A stretch of 64,000 nucleotides of DNA from the NCBI RefSeq assembly GCF_000143415.4, contig NW_003314272.1, positions 1,274,184 through 1,338,183 of the forward strand, given 5' to 3'. Positions 36,892 to 48,616 of the stretch are shown here, in pieces; the stretch's first letter is position 1; each line of letters begins with the position of its first letter. This DNA is from Selaginella moellendorffii (Eukaryota; Plantae; Lycopodiophyta). The notes beneath the pieces were generated by a model. That model was not told the origin of the DNA, ran no database searches, and was given only the letters and a program-made list of their open reading frames with translations. A program made the position numbers and the translations under genes.

Positions 36892-37316
36892 TGATATCTT
36901 GATCCACTCGGAGGGGACATGGGAGGAACACATCCCATGATGTTTGTAAAGTGTTAGATTGGCTATGGGACGTTGGTTTAATACTGAAGAGGTTGAAGTG
37001 TGTGTTTGGGTCCAAAGACATGACTTATCTTGGGTATTATATTTCTCATGGGTTTGCAAGTTGATCCTGACAAGCTTGTGGTGTGAGACACAAATCCCTT
37101 AGCCCCAAAGTGGAGCCAAAAGGGTGCCATGTGGTAGTGGCCGAAGCAAAAGCCAAACAAGCATAATACATTTGGACTAAAAGCTTCGACTTGAAAAGTC
37201 GAGAGTAGGAGTGGAACTCCCAATGAAGGGCTCGAGGAACGAGTTCGAAGCAAGCAATAAGTGAATCTCTAGAAAAGGGACACAAAAGGACCAATATATA
37301 ACATATAGAAGTGTCA

Positions 37317-37590
37317 AGATGGACCCGAGAGGGAATCCAAGGAGTTTGAGATGGACCCGAGAGGGAATCCAAGGAGTTCGAGATGGACCCGAGATGGAGT
37401 CCAAGATGGAGTCTAAGATGGAGTCCAAGATGGATCTGAGATGGATCCAAGATGGAGTCTGAGATGGAGTTTGAGATGGAACCGAGACTGAGACTGAGAC
37501 CGAGACCGAGATCGAGACTGAGTTTGAGACTGAGACCAAGACTGAGTCTGAGACCGAGACAGAGACCGAGTCCGAGTCCGAGTTTGAGTG
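37317..37590. repeat. Minisatellite/microsatellite tract (GAGATGGACCC/GAGATGGAGTC and GAGACY units) inside a probable further nested insertion (~37083-37715)
   Basis: Visible 12-bp and 6-bp periodicity; the host integrase sequence resumes at ~37716. Confidence 0.8.
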
Positions 37591-38619
37591 CAAATACTAA
37601 TATAGGTTGTTGGGTGAAAGCCCAAAGTGATCGGTGCAAGGGATTCTAAAAGTATAGTAAGGAGAGTGTGGGGGTTGGACCCTAATGGAGCCAATTTGGC
37701 CAGAAAAGGCCAGTCTGATGTCTCGGTTGGGGATACACCACACTTTCACAAGTGTTTATCATGCACAGTCAGACGATTTAGTGGAACAACTCGTTCGAAT
37801 GTTCAAAGGGATGATCGCGAAGTACGTGAACTTTCAGCATTTGGATTGGGATGGTTATTTGCTATCTTTTCAGTATACATATATCACAGGAGTGTAGAGT
37901 TCTATTGATGCTTCACCATATAAACTCTTGTATGGTCATGATCTAATATTATAAACGAAGCTAGGTTTACCTTTGCAATTGCCATGAGTTGCCGATACTA
38001 GGTCATGGGATCAGTAATTGATGAGCATCCTTCCACTTGCCCGAGTAGAGTCTGTTGAACACTTAAGTCGCATACAAGTGGGACAACAACAGTGCTACAA
38101 CTCCCATCATCATCCACCTACAGAGTATTAAATGGATGACTTAGCGTTAATACATTTTCCGCATGGTTTATTTAAGGGGCTCCTTGCTCAATAGAAAGGA
38201 CTGTATCAGATGTTGAGGCAAATTGGACCACAAGTTTATGAGGTTTGGCATGATGTCCAATAGGCCGATCCTCTAGAAATTGTGTATATGCAACGGTTGA
38301 AATGCTTTATACAAAGGGATCAAGAATAGTTGGTACCACCTATAGATCCACTAATGCCTCCTCCTAACGTTGCACTAGATCTCAACTCGTTTATAAGAGA
38401 ACCTTGATAGTCTTCCATTATTCCAAGAGGAGGGGATGATGTGAGGTCTAAGTGTACAGCTATGATGCCATATACTAATATTAGCATAGTGGGATTTTGG
38501 TAGCCGTCAGATTGGTTTCAATCCAGACCACTTGCTCCTATATATAAGCTAGGGTTTTTGGGCTAATTGATATACACATTTTCTATATTCCCTTTCCATA
38601 TACCATGCATATACAAAAA

Positions 38620-41600
38620 ATATACATATCAATTAGCCCAAAAACCCTAGTGTTCGTCAAATACTAATCCCATGACCTAGTATCGGCAGCTCATGGCAAT
38701 CACGAAGGTAAATATAGCTTCGTTTATAATATTGGATCATAACCATACAAGAGTTTATATGGTGAAGCATCAATAGAACTCTATACTCTTGTGATATATG
38801 CATACTGAAAAGACAGCAAATAACCATCCTAATCCAAATGCTGAAAGTTCACGTATTTCACAATCATCCCTTTGAATGTCCAAACAAGTTATTCTACCAA
38901 ATCGCTGACTGTGGATGATAAACACTTGTGAGAGTGTGGTGTATCCCCAACCGAGACGTCAAAACATGAAATGCCTTAGCCATAAATGCTGGACCATTAT
39001 CCAAAAAAATCTATAGGAACACCACTCAATTGAGGAGGAAGTATCTAACAGCAGTTGCAAAAGTGCTAGCAAGAGCATTAACTTCCACAAGTAGTTAGAA
39101 GCAATAATATTGCCAGCAGTCGATCGTGGAAAAGGTCCCATAAGTTCAAATGCCACCAACTCAAACGAATGGGAAACTGCAATTGACGCCAATCGTCCTT
39201 CCGCAACATAAAGGGAGTATTACAAGCTTGACACCAAACGTAGCTACGCACAACATCATGTCGCATCTCCAGCCAGTAGAAAGACTTACACAAATTCTCG
39301 GTCACATGACGATGTCCCATATACTTACCTAGAACAAAAGAATCATGGTAAGCATAGAGAAACTGTGGAATAAGATTGAGGGCACCACTAGCCATAAATG
39401 ATCATCAGGATCCATTCCCACAAAATAAAGAAGGTCGTTTTTAAGGCGATATTGAGAATGTAAATGCTAGAATGGTAAGTCATCAGTAAATCATGCAAGA
39501 TTTTCAAACTTCTAGAAGCCTTTGAATCCACGGCTCAATCTTTTAAACTTTATGAACCTCATCAAGAGAAGGTAGTTCTTTTTTTGTACCTTGTGGACAC
39601 TAAATGTCAAATACAGCAACCGCCAATGGCATAGAATCCTCGTCTAGAAAATCCATAGATGCTAAAACAATAGTTTCGTCAAAAATATGAGAAGAGAGCG
39701 AAGAAGGAAGAGGAGCTTGAGAAAGGGTGTCAACATCAGCCATAGAACTTCCCGGGCGATGAACAACATCAAAATCATATATCTGAAGTTTCAAAGCCCA
39801 CCGAACAGTACGACCAATGAGATTCTTCGGTTTTAATAATGAAGTAATGACAACATGATCACCTTTTAGTAACGTCCAAGAACCATATAGATATGCATCA
39901 AGTTTATCAAAACCCCAAACTGTTGCTAAACACTCCTTCTTTGTCATGGAGTAGTTCACCTCTGCTAGTTGTAATGTACAGCTGATGTATGCAATGGGAT
40001 AGTACTGACCAAGAACACTCGGGCTCTATTGCATCAACACACCTCCAAGACCAATATCAGAAGCATCCACACACAAAATGAAAGGTTGAGTGTACTTAGG
40101 ATATGCCAAAACTGGAGGAGTCATCAATAGCTCTTTGAGATTTATGAATGCCCGCTCACAATCCACAAACCAAATGAAAGATGACATTGATGAGTTTAGC
40201 AACACTCGCAACGGTGCAGTGCAATCAAAAAGATGATCCACAAAACAATTGAAATACTGCACTTTGCCTAAGAAGTATTGCACATCATTCACACACTTCA
40301 GAGTAGGAAACTTTACAACAACCACATATAAACAACTAAATTTTCCATTCTACTGGAAAATCCCCTCCTCTCAAAATGATAGAAGACCATCAAAGTTCTC
40401 TTATAAATGAGCTGGGATCTGGAAGAACATTAGGAGGAGGCATCGGTGGATCTGTATGTGGTACTAATTGTTCTTGATCCCTGTCGAGGGCTAGAGCAGC
40501 TCAAGAATAAGGCTTGGTCGAAGAGGGCTTCCTCCTTTTTTTGGTTAGGGAATATTCTGCTGGAAAGGGGGTGTGTCTAGAGGTTGACAAGAGGAGGGAT
40601 GGCCATTTTCTAGGCATAGCATATATGTAGAGTGGAGTAAAATAAAAAAGAAGGTTCTTGGAAAGAACCTCAAGTTCTTGGAAGGATGCCTCATTCAATA
40701 GCCTTGGAGCGCATGGAGTGAAGGTTGGCAATGTAGTGGCGACTACAGTTGTTTGAAGAGTGCATCACAGCGAGGATCGCTTAAGATCAATCAATTTGTG
40801 TGAGTTGTCTAACTTGTGGGCAGCCCTAAGCTAGGTTGTTGGCAGAGGTCCTAGCAAAGGTCACCTACAAGGCTAAGGATGAGGCTAGGCAGCAATGATT
40901 CTCAACTTCGTTGATGTGTCATTGCCAGGAGTGACATCTTTTGGTGAGCGAAGCAAGTGTTAAGATTGTGGTAGAAGGGTGAGCACCCGGAAAAGCCAGG
41001 CTACCCTCACCAAATCAAGACTGTTCCTTCCTAGTGTTCAAGAGAATACTCCAATTCTCACAAGTGGCTAAGCTCAAACCATTGTACCACTATAGCACTA
41101 TCCCTTGGAAACACGTGGGAAACTCATGCAATGTCAAGCATCATCCCAAGAATGATATATGGTAATCATCATGAAGTGATCGAACCAATGGTACACATCA
41201 TCCCTAGGATTCTCATGAAAAAATTCTAGCCAAATACAAGGATTGGCACCAAGAGCAGGAGGAGTTGTACCACACGCCATAAATGCTGTTATCAATTGAG
41301 TTTAGTTGTTTAATTACAATCACATAGCATTAAGCAATTGCACCAACTGCTGCTCCAGAGTCAAAGGAGGAGGAGATTGCTACTCTGCCATAAAGATGAA
41401 TGAAAAGGAAATAGCAAAAAAAAAAAGAAATGAAAAAAAACTAAAAGGAAAGGGAGATCTAAACAATGCAAAAGTTAAATCTAAACCAAAATCTCGAAAA
41501 AAAATAACAAAAGAAAGGAAATGGAAAAAGCTAGATCTAGACAATGCAAAAGCTACATATAAACCAAAATCCTAAATCCAAACTCCTCAGGGATAATCAA

Positions 41601-41790
41601 AGATGCCCTTCAACTTCACCAATATGAGTGCATGGAATATGGAAAGGGATTATAGAAAATGTGTATATCAATTAGCCCAAACACTTTAACTTATATACAA
41701 GAATGAATAGTTTAGATTGAAACCAAACTGACAGCTACCAAAATCCCACTATATTAATATTAGTATACAGCATTGTAACTGTACCTCATA
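38620..41790 (-). mobile_element. Second degenerate, rearranged Ty3/gypsy element of the same family in opposite orientation
   Basis: LTR ~41630-41790 is the reverse complement of the LTR above; gag relic ~41080-41290; RT-connection/RNase H (PVLAYP, VDASDIGLGGVL, NYSMTKKECLA, RWALKLQIYDFDVVHRPG); 38655-38960 is the reverse complement of 37720-38030. Confidence 0.85.
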
Positions 41791-43990
41791 ATATCAATTA
41801 TTATATTTGATTTTATACACTCTATTAAACATTAGGAGAATTAAATTATATAAAAATTATAATTAAGAAGATATAGTGTAATATTTTATCATTTCAATCA
41901 GACTATAATTTAAATAGTTATATTTATCAATAATATATATGAATTACCTTATGAGTATTATTATTAATTTAATAAACTTTATAATCTTTAATTTTATAAT
42001 TCAGTTTTCTATACCTTTTATTAAAATAAATTATTTTTGGAATGTTAAAGCAATAGTTGCTTAATATCTAAAATTTATTCATTTCTCATAAGGTGATTTA
42101 GAAGAATACTTTAAGTTAATTAAGTAAGTTATAAAAGACAATAATGATAAATATTCATTTAACTAAGCATATAATGTGTTTAAAATTGTTTAAATTTAAA
42201 TTTTGAGTTCACAAGTAAAATAAATTATTAAAATACTATATATTATAATTAATGTTTAACTCTTAGTTCATATAAGTTTATGCATTTTTACATATAAGTA
42301 GTAGCTAGATGATATTTTTATATAAATAACTAAAGTATAAATATTTATATTTTAAAGTTATTTTTTCTCACCTTATCACTTTTATAATGAAATTATATTA
42401 TGTTTTTTAACAGTTACATATTAATAAATTAAATAAAATTTATAAAAACATTATTTAACTTTTAGGATGTCTATTTTATATGATGGATATTTTTTAACTA
42501 TCAATATATATATATAGCTCTATAATATATATTACTGAAGTTCCTCTCAACTTGCAATGTTTAATTAATATATGATATTCACACTCAATGAAGATATTAC
42601 TATTATTGTTAAACTTTATAATAATTATATTTACATTCTATATAGGCATTCTAAATCTTACTAACAATTGTATCAAAAAATTTAAATAAACACCTCTTTA
42701 ACTATCATATATATAAATAGCTTTTATTGCAAGAATTATTAATTTTTACATATTTAATGTTTGTTCCTAGTTGAAAATTTTACCAAATTTCTTGCCAAAA
42801 TAATATATAATTCATTAATTTTTTTCATTTGACATAGCAATTAAAGATTTTTATTTTATGGTTTTGGATGTTGTTGAGGGTTTTGCTACATTTACAAATT
42901 GCAATCATCACTAGTAAGTAAATACCAAAATCACTAAATCCATAATTGTAAACTAAGTAATATAACTTGAAGGAGTGTTATTGTGTTTGTACTAAATTAG
43001 TATTAAAGGCTAGAGGAACATGGATGCTCTAAATTCCACAAGAGAAAACTGTGATAAGACAAAGTTGATGTGATTATAATTATTTACAGCATTGGTTAAG
43101 AGAGTTTAGAAATTATAAACAATAAAAATCGTTAGATAGTAAAATATTCCAAAATATGTAAGCATATTCTAAATATACCTGCCGGACACTTTTCTGTTCA
43201 AACCTACCTGAAATTTTTGATAACGGCTTTTAAAAAAGGAAACGCTAAGACCTGAGCGACTGAGGGTGTCGCATAGCTGGGATGTGCGATGGGAGTGATA
43301 AACCTTAGCCTCTCCGACACTGTTTGTTTGTGGAGCGTCACGGTGTATTTTAAATGTAACAAGCTGGCGTTGTTTGCGAAGTTCCCGTGCTTTCTTGCGG
43401 ACCTGTGCCACTGTAATGGATGGCGTTATATGAACGATGTGTATTCCAAACGAAACATTTCACAAAAGCCATGATTTTTCGAACAAGATTTGCCAGGCAA
43501 ACAACAAACACATCAAGAAAAATACGATACCTCTCCCGTATCTCCAAGTCCGCAGCTCATGTCACTTTGGCCAAAACTCGGATTGAGACCTCGGGACGCA
43601 GGCATACTGCAAGCTTGGACGTTCCCCAGGAGCTTTGGACGGCCATTATTGCATTGTGTCACCAGCTAGCACCGTGATGCCAATTCCGAGATCACGTCAG
43701 CAGAGAGGAGAAAAATCATGTACACTCTGCCTCAAGATCGAAAGCCAAGAAACCAGGAAAGAGCATTTAACATTTTCTAACGCTGGGCCCCTTCTATAGC
43801 TCGCCGACGCGTAGCGCCAGGAAGGCATGAGACGTGTCGATCCACGATACACTCACCTCGTGTTTGATCCTAACCGCACGAAACTCCCGAATCTAAGAGC
43901 GAGATCCGGGGTAGAGATTTGATGAAGTGACTCAGTGGAGGACCAAAAGAATATGCTCTGGTTTGAACGCGAGAGAAGAAGCCCTAATGC

Positions 43991-44302
43991 ATGCTTCGCA
44001 CCTCCAAATGGGGGCGGCTCGCGCGCGCGGTGCTCCAGTCGCACAGCCTTGACCTCCGCGAGCAGGAGAACGCGTTCGCGAAGGTGGTGCGCGAATGCGG
44101 GCAGGAGCGGGATCTGGAGCGCGGGCGGAGGATCCATGCACAGATCCAGGACGCCGGCATCGCCTCCAACACATTCCTGGGCAATCTCCTCGTCCAGATG
44201 TATGGCCGCTGCGGCTGCTTCCACGGCGCGCGGGCGGCCTTCGATGCCATCCAGCGCCGGAATGTCTTCTCGTGGACGCTCATCGTCACTCGTTCCTATT
44301 GA
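43991..44302 (+). pseudogene. 5' fragment of a PPR gene truncated at the duplication breakpoint
   Basis: RECGQERDLERGRRIHAQI...NTFLGNLLVQMYGRCG...RNVFSWT. At 44287 the sequence switches to a copy of 30626 onward and stops. Confidence 0.85.
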
Positions 44303-44400
44303 AGTTGCCACCCTTAATGAGCTCCACACAAGTTCTACACATCAGAAAACTCGAAAGCTTTATTTCGGTTTGTGGATTTTAGCATGCTTCATCGCAAGAT

Positions 44401-45441
44401 CTACAGAACAATCCAAATTCCATGACCAGACTCGGCATCATTCACTCCATAACGAGAACTAATGAAGTGGAACTTGAGGTTGTTTGGAACGCACATCTTG
44501 AGGATCTGAAGGTAGCTCACAAGCTCGGCATTGCCAGAAGCCACAGCGTTCCTCATCACAACGTCGTAGTAATGCGTCACCTCGCGTTCCTTCTCCTGGA
44601 TCATTGCACAGGTCCTGTCCACCGAGTCCTGGAACGTGTTGACGCTGGGATCCAAGAGCAACTGCAAGGACGCGATGCTTCTCAGTGGCTTTTTGGCGCG
44701 CAGCTCCGCGGGGAAGGAGATAACGTCGTTGACAAGGAGGACGTGATCGTTGATGGCGTTCTGGAGCGCCAGGTAGTCCCGCGACTCCAAATCGCTGTCT
44801 GGGAGCGCAATCTCCAGCGACATCTCGATGAATGGGAAGCAGGGGAGGAGGAAGCAATCGAGCCTCCTGCGCGCCAAGTAGCTCTCGACCGTCGACGCCG
44901 ATTGTGCTAGAGAAAGGACGCTCCGGTCCATGGAGGCAGCGTAGGCCTCCATCTGCGCGACCCAGTGCGCGTACACCCGGGGAGCCATGGATGATCGCAG
45001 GCGCGGAATGAGGTCCGCGCAGAACTCGAGCGATGGATGGACTGGATCGCGATGTGGGTGTGTCCCATGGAGGATGCCCTGGAAAGTCTCCAGGAACTCC
45101 TCCCGGGGGGCGCCGCCGGGGGACTCGTCCTCGAGGAGATCATCCAGCATGGTTCCAAACCACGCGAACTTGCCGCAGAGGACGGCGCTCTCGGTGGATC
45201 CGCACGGCACGAGCATGCTCATGTAGAGCGGGATTCGCATGCGCTCCAGGGAGAGCTTTTGGGCATCGCTCATGCTGGGATTGATGAATGGGAATGCCCA
45301 CTCGTTCGCGAGCTTGGCAACCAGCTTGTGGTCGGGATGCCAGGCGCTGGAGGGGATGGAGCAGCGAATGGGCGGCAAATAGAACCTCTTCAGCCCCAGG
45401 AGGTGTTCCATGGCGGGAATCTTCTCCACAGCAAGTGCCAT
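44401..45441 (-). CDS. MTPSL: Microbial-type terpene synthase-like protein (MTPSL), copy B, intact 346 aa, intronless
   Basis: Alpha-domain-only size; Asp-rich LDDLLED, pyrophosphate-sensor RRR, NSE motif NDVISFPAE, C-terminal (F)HFISSRY equivalent to WxxxxxRY of bacterial/fungal class I terpene cyclases. Confidence 0.93.
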   Translation of the reverse strand: MALAVEKIPAMEHLLGLKRFYLPPIRCSIPSSAWHPDHKLVAKLANEWAFPFINPSMSDAQKLSLERMRIPLYMSMLVPCGSTESAVLCGKFAWFGTMLDDLLEDESPGGAPREEFLETFQGILHGTHPHRDPVHPSLEFCADLIPRLRSSMAPRVYAHWVAQMEAYAASMDRSVLSLAQSASTVESYLARRRLDCFLLPCFPFIEMSLEIALPDSDLESRDYLALQNAINDHVLLVNDVISFPAELRAKKPLRSIASLQLLLDPSVNTFQDSVDRTCAMIQEKEREVTHYYDVVMRNAVASGNAELVSYLQILKMCVPNNLKFHFISSRYGVNDAESGHGIWIVL

Positions 45442-45746
45442 GATCAGTAGGAGATTTAGATAATCGGGATTTTGGAGAACGACATTTTATAGTCATTTTT
45501 GTTACACTGGATCATGTTGGACATTGCTATTGGAGTGGCACGAATTCATATCGACTTTGTACTGAATGCTCGAAAATTCTATCGCAGTGGCTCGATGGTC
45601 ATTGTACATCCCAGACGAAACATCGGGCGGCTGGAATATTGAAAGAAAAGTTTCATGCTCGTGTTTTCTCACCCCTCGTTGAAAAAACTGATCGATCCAT
45701 TGTATTTAAGAAGGTGGCAGTCCAGTGTTACTAGCAGAAAAGAGAG
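45442..45746. promoter_or_regulatory. 305-bp putative bidirectional promoter between MTPSL-B and P450-B
   Basis: Divergent ATGs with conserved CTATAAAA (minus) and TATTTAA (plus). The MTPSL-proximal ~110 bp differ from copy A. Confidence 0.6.
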
Positions 45747-47306
45747 ATGGATGTTGTAAGCTCTCTCCTCCTCCTTTTTATCCTGGCCGTCGTGATAATC
45801 AGCTACAAATCCAGAGTGACTTCTCCACCAGGGCCATGGGGATTGCCCTTGATTGGCCACCTCCACTTGCTAGCGAGAATGCCCCTCCACCGAGCTCTGC
45901 AATCCATGTCACAAAAGCACGGCCCCATTGTGTCCTTGAGCCTGGGAATGAGGCCAGCGATTCTCATATCAGCTCCGGCTCTGGCAAGAGAGCTCTTCAC
46001 CTCGCAGGATGTGAATTTTCCATCCAAGCCATATATGAGTGTCGCAGAGCACATAGACTACAACTTTAGAAGCATCGGGACTGCCCCTTATGGCGAGTAC
46101 TACAGCAGCATCCGGAAGCTGTGCCTGACGGAGCTCTTCACCGCCAGGAACATCGATTCGTTTTCATGGATTCGAAGCGAAGAGCTCTCGCATCTATTGA
46201 GTGCAATTCTCAGCAGCGCCAGCCATGGGCAGGCGCTGGATTTGAGGAAGACCCTGTCGGTGTTCACATTCAACAGCATAACCGGCGCCCTCATGAGCAA
46301 ACGGTACCTCAGCCACGAGCATGCCGGTGCGGCTAGCTCAAAGGAGGCCATGGAGTTCAAGAATTTGGTATTCGAAGTCGTGCACTGTATTATGGACCCC
46401 TGTTTGAGCAACTTCGTGCCTTGGTACTTGAGATGGCTTGACTGGAAGACTCCTGGAATGAGACGCCTTCATGCAAAGGTGGATAAGTTCTTGCAAATGG
46501 TTGTGGAAGAACACAAGAAGAGCACCCGAGAGCACAAAGACTTCCTTGACATTCTGCTCGAGGCTTTTGGGGAGGAGGAAGCTTATGCAAAAGCCAATCT
46601 GTTGGTACGTGCGTGAGGATGAAGAACAAGATAGTGCTTCTGATATTCATATCCTTTCTTTCAGGACTTGATTATGGCAGGAACTGAAACTTCCGTCATT
46701 GGGACCGAGTGGCTCATGGCAGCAGTGATCCAGGAGCCGCGGATCCTGAAAAAAGCCCAGCAAGAGCTTCAAGATGCCGTGGGCAACAGGCGGATGGTGC
46801 AAGAATCAGACCTCTCCAAGCTCGGCTACCTCGACGCCATCATCAAGGAGTCATTCAGGCGTTACCCGGTTGTCCCGATCCACATCCGCGAGTGCCAAGG
46901 CCAAGCGTCAAAACTCGGGGGCTACGATGTCCTAAAAGGAACCATCGTGCTCGTCAACTCGTGGGCGCTGGGAATGGACCCCGTGGTGTGGGAGAATCCC
47001 ACACAGTTCTTGCCGGAACGCTTCCTTGCGAGCTTCATCGACATCAAAGGCCAGGACTTTGAGCTCCTTCCATTTGGATCCGGGCGAAGGAGATGCCCCG
47101 GGATGCCCCTGGGCCTAAGAACCGTGAAGCTGCTCGTGGCAAATCTCATACATGGCTTTGACTGGAGTGTGGAGCCCGGCTAGATCCAATCCATGGAGGA
47201 TTGCTTCAAAACTGCTTGCATCATGAAGCATCCACTGCAGCCAGTGGTTACTCCAAGGCTGCCCAAAGATGCCTACAACATGATTTCTCCATCTGATACG
47301 TCCTAA
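45747..47306 (+). pseudogene. Cytochrome P450 copy B with premature TAG at 47181-47183 (458 aa, lacks ~40 C-terminal residues); intron 46605-46664
   Basis: Paralog of 31997-33559. GAG CCT GGG AAG ATC in copy A reads GAG CCC GGC TAG ATC here; homologous sequence continues after the stop. Confidence 0.85.
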
Positions 47307-48289
47307 TAATTACAACATATAAGCTTTTGTTATAATTCAATAAATATTTGTTTATGCTGCTGAATTAACTTTGTCATATTTTTTATTTCAACAATATGAT
47401 CATTCAGTGTGGCATGTGTTGGGAAGGGCATAAAAGTGGAGTTTTGGTTGAGAAGGTGGAGAGTTTGTTGGTGTCAAGTGGCTGGCCATGTAGTTAGTTG
47501 TGTCAATCTTGAAGCTATGGTGGTCACTTATAATGGAGCCTGTTGTCAATGAGGTTGTGTGTTGAGTTCCTTCTTAAATTTTGATGCACCTTTGTATACT
47601 AGAATTTTTAAAAGTTACACTTAAAAGGTAAAGATTTTCTTATTTGACTTAGATTTCTATCAGGTGACATTGTGTAGCAGTATAAAATGTGCATTGGTAT
47701 GAATTTCTTTCCTATCATCTCTATTGGTAGTCATTGTTTAACAAAGGCAGCCGAAGGTAAGTCTTTTTACAAACATGAAAAATGGAATTTTTATGGCTTA
47801 CAAAGGGATTCTTTGACTGTGTTCCTATTGCTGGTGATCTGACTGAGCTTAAATTCTCATGGAGGGTCTTGTATATGAAGGCTGGGAAATCGTGTTATTC
47901 AGCCTGGTCATTTCTTGGAGGTTTTCTTTTTCCTCCAGCTGAGCTTTGCTTCCTGCTAGTAAGAGGATATGAGAAACAAACAAAAAGTTTCTTTTGGAGA
48001 AACTAAACACAGTTTCTATTAATAATAATTAAAAAAATGAAATTAAAATTTGATTACAAATGAATTAGAGAAATTTTAAGAGTATTAAAATCACAATTAG
48101 AGAATAGGCTTGGGTATTCTAGATACATTCCTTCCATAAGAAAAATTTAAAAAAAAGTAAAAAAGAGCCACAAGAGACTATAAAAAATATTTGATAAAAT
48201 GAAAAGAGAAATAGCCAAGAAATGCCAGAATCTATATTAAAATTAAAAATGATCATCAAAAACATTTTATACCAAATAAAAAACATTTG

Positions 48290-48485
48290 GCTTCAACTCA
48301 TAAGTGCTAGGAATGGACCTTACAATATAGGACAGCCAAAACACTTCCATTGACATCAAAGCTCAAAACTTTGAGCTCCTTCCATGGAAAAGATGCCCTA
48401 GGATGCCTTTAGGGAATTTCATCCATGAAGATTCAATCTATTGAGGATTGCTTTAGATCTGCTTGCTTTATGAAGCATGCAATAT
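48290..48485 (+). pseudogene. Decayed 3' fragment of a third related P450
   Basis: ...CTAGGAATGGACC...TCCATTGACATCAAAGCTCAAAACTTTGAGCTCCTTCCA...GAGGATTGCTTT...ATGAAGCAT aligns with the P450 C-terminal exon, with deletions. Confidence 0.75.
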
Positions 48486-48616
48486 GCTCCAAAGTTGCCT
48501 ATTAATTTAGGAAAATTATTTATAACTGAATATAGTAATAAATAAATATTATATGTCATTGATTCATACATACTATTTAGAAGGTCTAATAGTTGCCCTT
48601 AAATATGAGATGGACT

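Larger units (their letters stand above)
33590..38614 (+). mobile_element. Degenerate Ty3/gypsy LTR retrotransposon with nested insertions
   Basis: Related LTRs at ~33590-33760 and 38440-38614, PPT AAGAGGAGGGGA at ~38425, gag (34219-34530), protease LVDTG, RT (YPLP...FTKLDL...KTAF), integrase relics; many stops. Confidence 0.85.

Noticed and set aside
37046-37694. ORFs of 93-197 aa with LSLG/SVSV repeats
   Set aside because: Translations of a simple-sequence tract.
44401-45441. MTPSL as bacterial/fungal contamination
   Set aside because: It is embedded in, and co-duplicated with, intron-containing plant genes and plant PPR sequence.
47181-47183. P450-B TAG rescued by RNA editing or readthrough
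   Set aside because: It is a nuclear gene and PPR editing is organellar; the context is not a known leaky one, and a further deletion occurs near the 3' end.
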